Assembly: GCA_041937175.2 (NCBI GenBank)
Contig: CP166615.1
Span: 3,840,001 to 3,904,000 of the forward strand
Direction of reading: 5' to 3'
DNA length: 64,000 nt
Origin: Limnothrix sp. BL-A-16
GTDB lineage: Bacteria > Cyanobacteriota > Cyanobacteriia > CACIAM-69d
The stretch's first letter is position 1. Each line of letters starts with the position of its first letter. A program made the translations under genes and the position numbers. Shown piece by piece: positions 62,407-64,000 of the stretch. The notes under the pieces are model-generated. The model ran no database searches and was not told the DNA's origin. It saw only the letters and a program-made list of their open reading frames with translations.

Positions 62407-62710
62407 AGGAAGAAATCCATCTCGAACGTTGCTGCTCCTTCCTTCTGAAAAAAATCAACGAAATCAGGAAAACGAATCAACATTTTTAGTAAGAATTTTG
62501 ATGTCTTTCTCCGGAACCTATTCCCTTTACGGTTCAGTGCCAATTCATTAACTGTCCTCGAATTTTGGGTGATAATTAGCTAATTAGAATCTCTTCGTTC
62601 GGGGGGACAGGAAACCGGATTTTGGGGAGAAATTGGGGTCAAAATTGCGATCGCCACGGCATCAGTGCTGGTTGAATGGAGAATTGACGAACACCAAGGA
62701 AGATTCGCCG

Positions 62711-63337
62711 TTGTCTGGATTGGCCAATTCACAAACCGACCTACGGGCAAACTCGCTGGTCAGCACGATCGAGGCAATTTTGTACCTCAAGGGACAGCCC
62801 CTCAGTTTGGCGGAGATTGCCGACTGTGCCGGTTGTGCGCGAGATCTGGCCCACGAGGCCTTGCTGGACTTGATGAACGACTATGCCCAGCGGGACACGG
62901 CGTTGGAGGTGGTGGAACTGCGCAAGGGCTGCTACACGTTGCAATTGCGCGATCGATTCCAGTCCCTGGTGGAGCGGCTGATTCCGGCGGACTTGGGCGT
63001 GGCGGCATTGCGAACCTTGGCGGTGATTGCCCTCAAGGGGCCGCTGCCGATGGCGGATTTGGTCGATTTACGCGGCTCCGGAGCCTATCAGCATGTGCAG
63101 GAGCTGGTGGAGCGAGATTTTGTGAAAAAACGGCGCTATGGGCGATCGTCCATGGTGCAGGTGAGCGAAAAGTTCCACCGCTACTTTCAGTTGGATGTGG
63201 AAAATCAGAATTCCGCGCAGTTGGAGTTGGCGCTCAATCAGTTGCGATCGAGCCTGCCGCCCGATGAGGATGCGGCCGAAGACCCAGAAGATCCAGAAGA
63301 CCTCGATCGGGATTCGGTTGATCCAGATCTGGACTGA
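62711..63337 (+). CDS. scpB: SMC-Scp complex subunit ScpB
   Basis: IEAILYLKGQPLS, ALRTLAVIALK.P, LVDLRGS.AYQHV.ELVE..FV, F..YF; start uncertain (TTG 62711/62720). Confidence 0.92.
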   Translation: MSGLANSQTDLRANSLVSTIEAILYLKGQPLSLAEIADCAGCARDLAHEALLDLMNDYAQRDTALEVVELRKGCYTLQLRDRFQSLVERLIPADLGVAALRTLAVIALKGPLPMADLVDLRGSGAYQHVQELVERDFVKKRRYGRSSMVQVSEKFHRYFQLDVENQNSAQLELALNQLRSSLPPDEDAAEDPEDPEDLDRDSVDPDLD

Positions 63338-63358
63338 GAATCTGAGCTGGGAATTTTA

Positions 63359-63501
63359 GGAACTGTCGTCCAATCGCCTGAAACCCTGATTCCACCGTTG
63401 GCGAATTGTGGGGGACAAGGGGCTTAAGCCCCTTGTCTAGGGTGGTTAGAGTATGGAAGATCAACCGTTTTGACTAGATCCTAGAAAACGACGACAGGCC
63501 C
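63359..63501. mobile_element. MITE family A, 143 bp, TA-flanked
   Basis: TA|GGAACTGTCGTC ... GACGACAGGCCC|TA; perfect palindrome at 63416-63435. Confidence 0.8.
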
Positions 63502-63544
63502 TAAGGGTAATGATTTTGAGGAAATTTCTGAGCCGATCGGGAGT

Positions 63545-63982
63545 GTGCATCCCTTGAAATATCTTTGGCATCAGTGGTTAGCCGCCGCCTCAGAGCGGCC
63601 AGACCTGCGGGCCCCGATCGCGGTAGCCTTGGGGGCCATTCCCGGCGCATTGGGGCGCTATTATCTATCGCTGCTTTGTGCGCGACTGTGGGGCACGGGT
63701 TGGCCGATCGGCACGTTTTTGGTGAATTTGTCTGGGGCGGTGTTGATGGGGCTGTTTGTGGGGTGGATGACGGATCGATCGCCCCTGTATCCCGAATTGC
63801 GGCTGTTGTTCGCCGTGGGATTTTTAGGCTCCTACACCACCTTTTCTAGCTACATCTTGGATGCGTCAAATCTGGCGCGATCGGGTGCTTGGGCCATGAG
63901 CTTGGCCTATGGCTTCGGCAGCTTCGCCCTCGGTTGGTTGGGTTTGGAATTGGGGCGTTGGCTCATTGACCGTTGGCGCTAG
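63545..63982 (+). CDS. crcB: Fluoride efflux channel CrcB/FluC
   Basis: ALGAIPGALGRY, PIGTFLVNLSG, GFLGSYTTFSSY. Confidence 0.95.
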   Translation: MHPLKYLWHQWLAAASERPDLRAPIAVALGAIPGALGRYYLSLLCARLWGTGWPIGTFLVNLSGAVLMGLFVGWMTDRSPLYPELRLLFAVGFLGSYTTFSSYILDASNLARSGAWAMSLAYGFGSFALGWLGLELGRWLIDRWR

Positions 63983-64000
63983 TTGACTGGTTCAAGGTTG

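Noticed and set aside
63502..63545. Fluoride riboswitch upstream of crcB
   Set aside because: No recognisable GGNGAUGG...UGAUG.CU pseudoknot consensus; the upstream space is occupied by a MITE.
1..64000. DGR template repeat, reverse transcriptase, integrase, tRNA or rRNA genes
   Set aside because: None recognised in the window; the DGR idea therefore rests only on target-side signatures.

Overview
Chromosomal window from a GC-rich cyanobacterium. The HIP1 octamer GCGATCGC is very dense, and a patX-like gene suggests a filamentous organism. It contains the probable replication origin: 11 perfect TTTTCCACA DnaA boxes plus an AT-rich tract upstream of dnaN. Housekeeping genes include pheA (partial), cobM, mfd, dnaN, trmFO, hspA, msrA, pyrR, larC, pilT, scpB and crcB. 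There are two large hybrid histidine kinases, one with a cyanobacteriochrome-type GAF domain. Accessory segments: (i) a membrane NACHT-GUN4 protein whose 3' end looks like a retroelement-diversified variable repeat; (ii) an IS5 plus HindVP-like restriction-modification cassette bracketed by a ~315-bp duplication of the trmFO 5' end, whose copies differ almost only at synonymous sites; (iii) an XisH/XisI, MazG-like and orphan C5-methyltransferase cluster; (iv) three Uma2 nucleases; (v) dispersed REP palindromes and two ~143-bp MITE families sharing one palindrome. pilT has a 1-nt frameshift in its poly-Pro leader. No rRNA, tRNA, CRISPR array or reverse transcriptase was recognised. All family assignments come from motif recognition by eye, not database searches.
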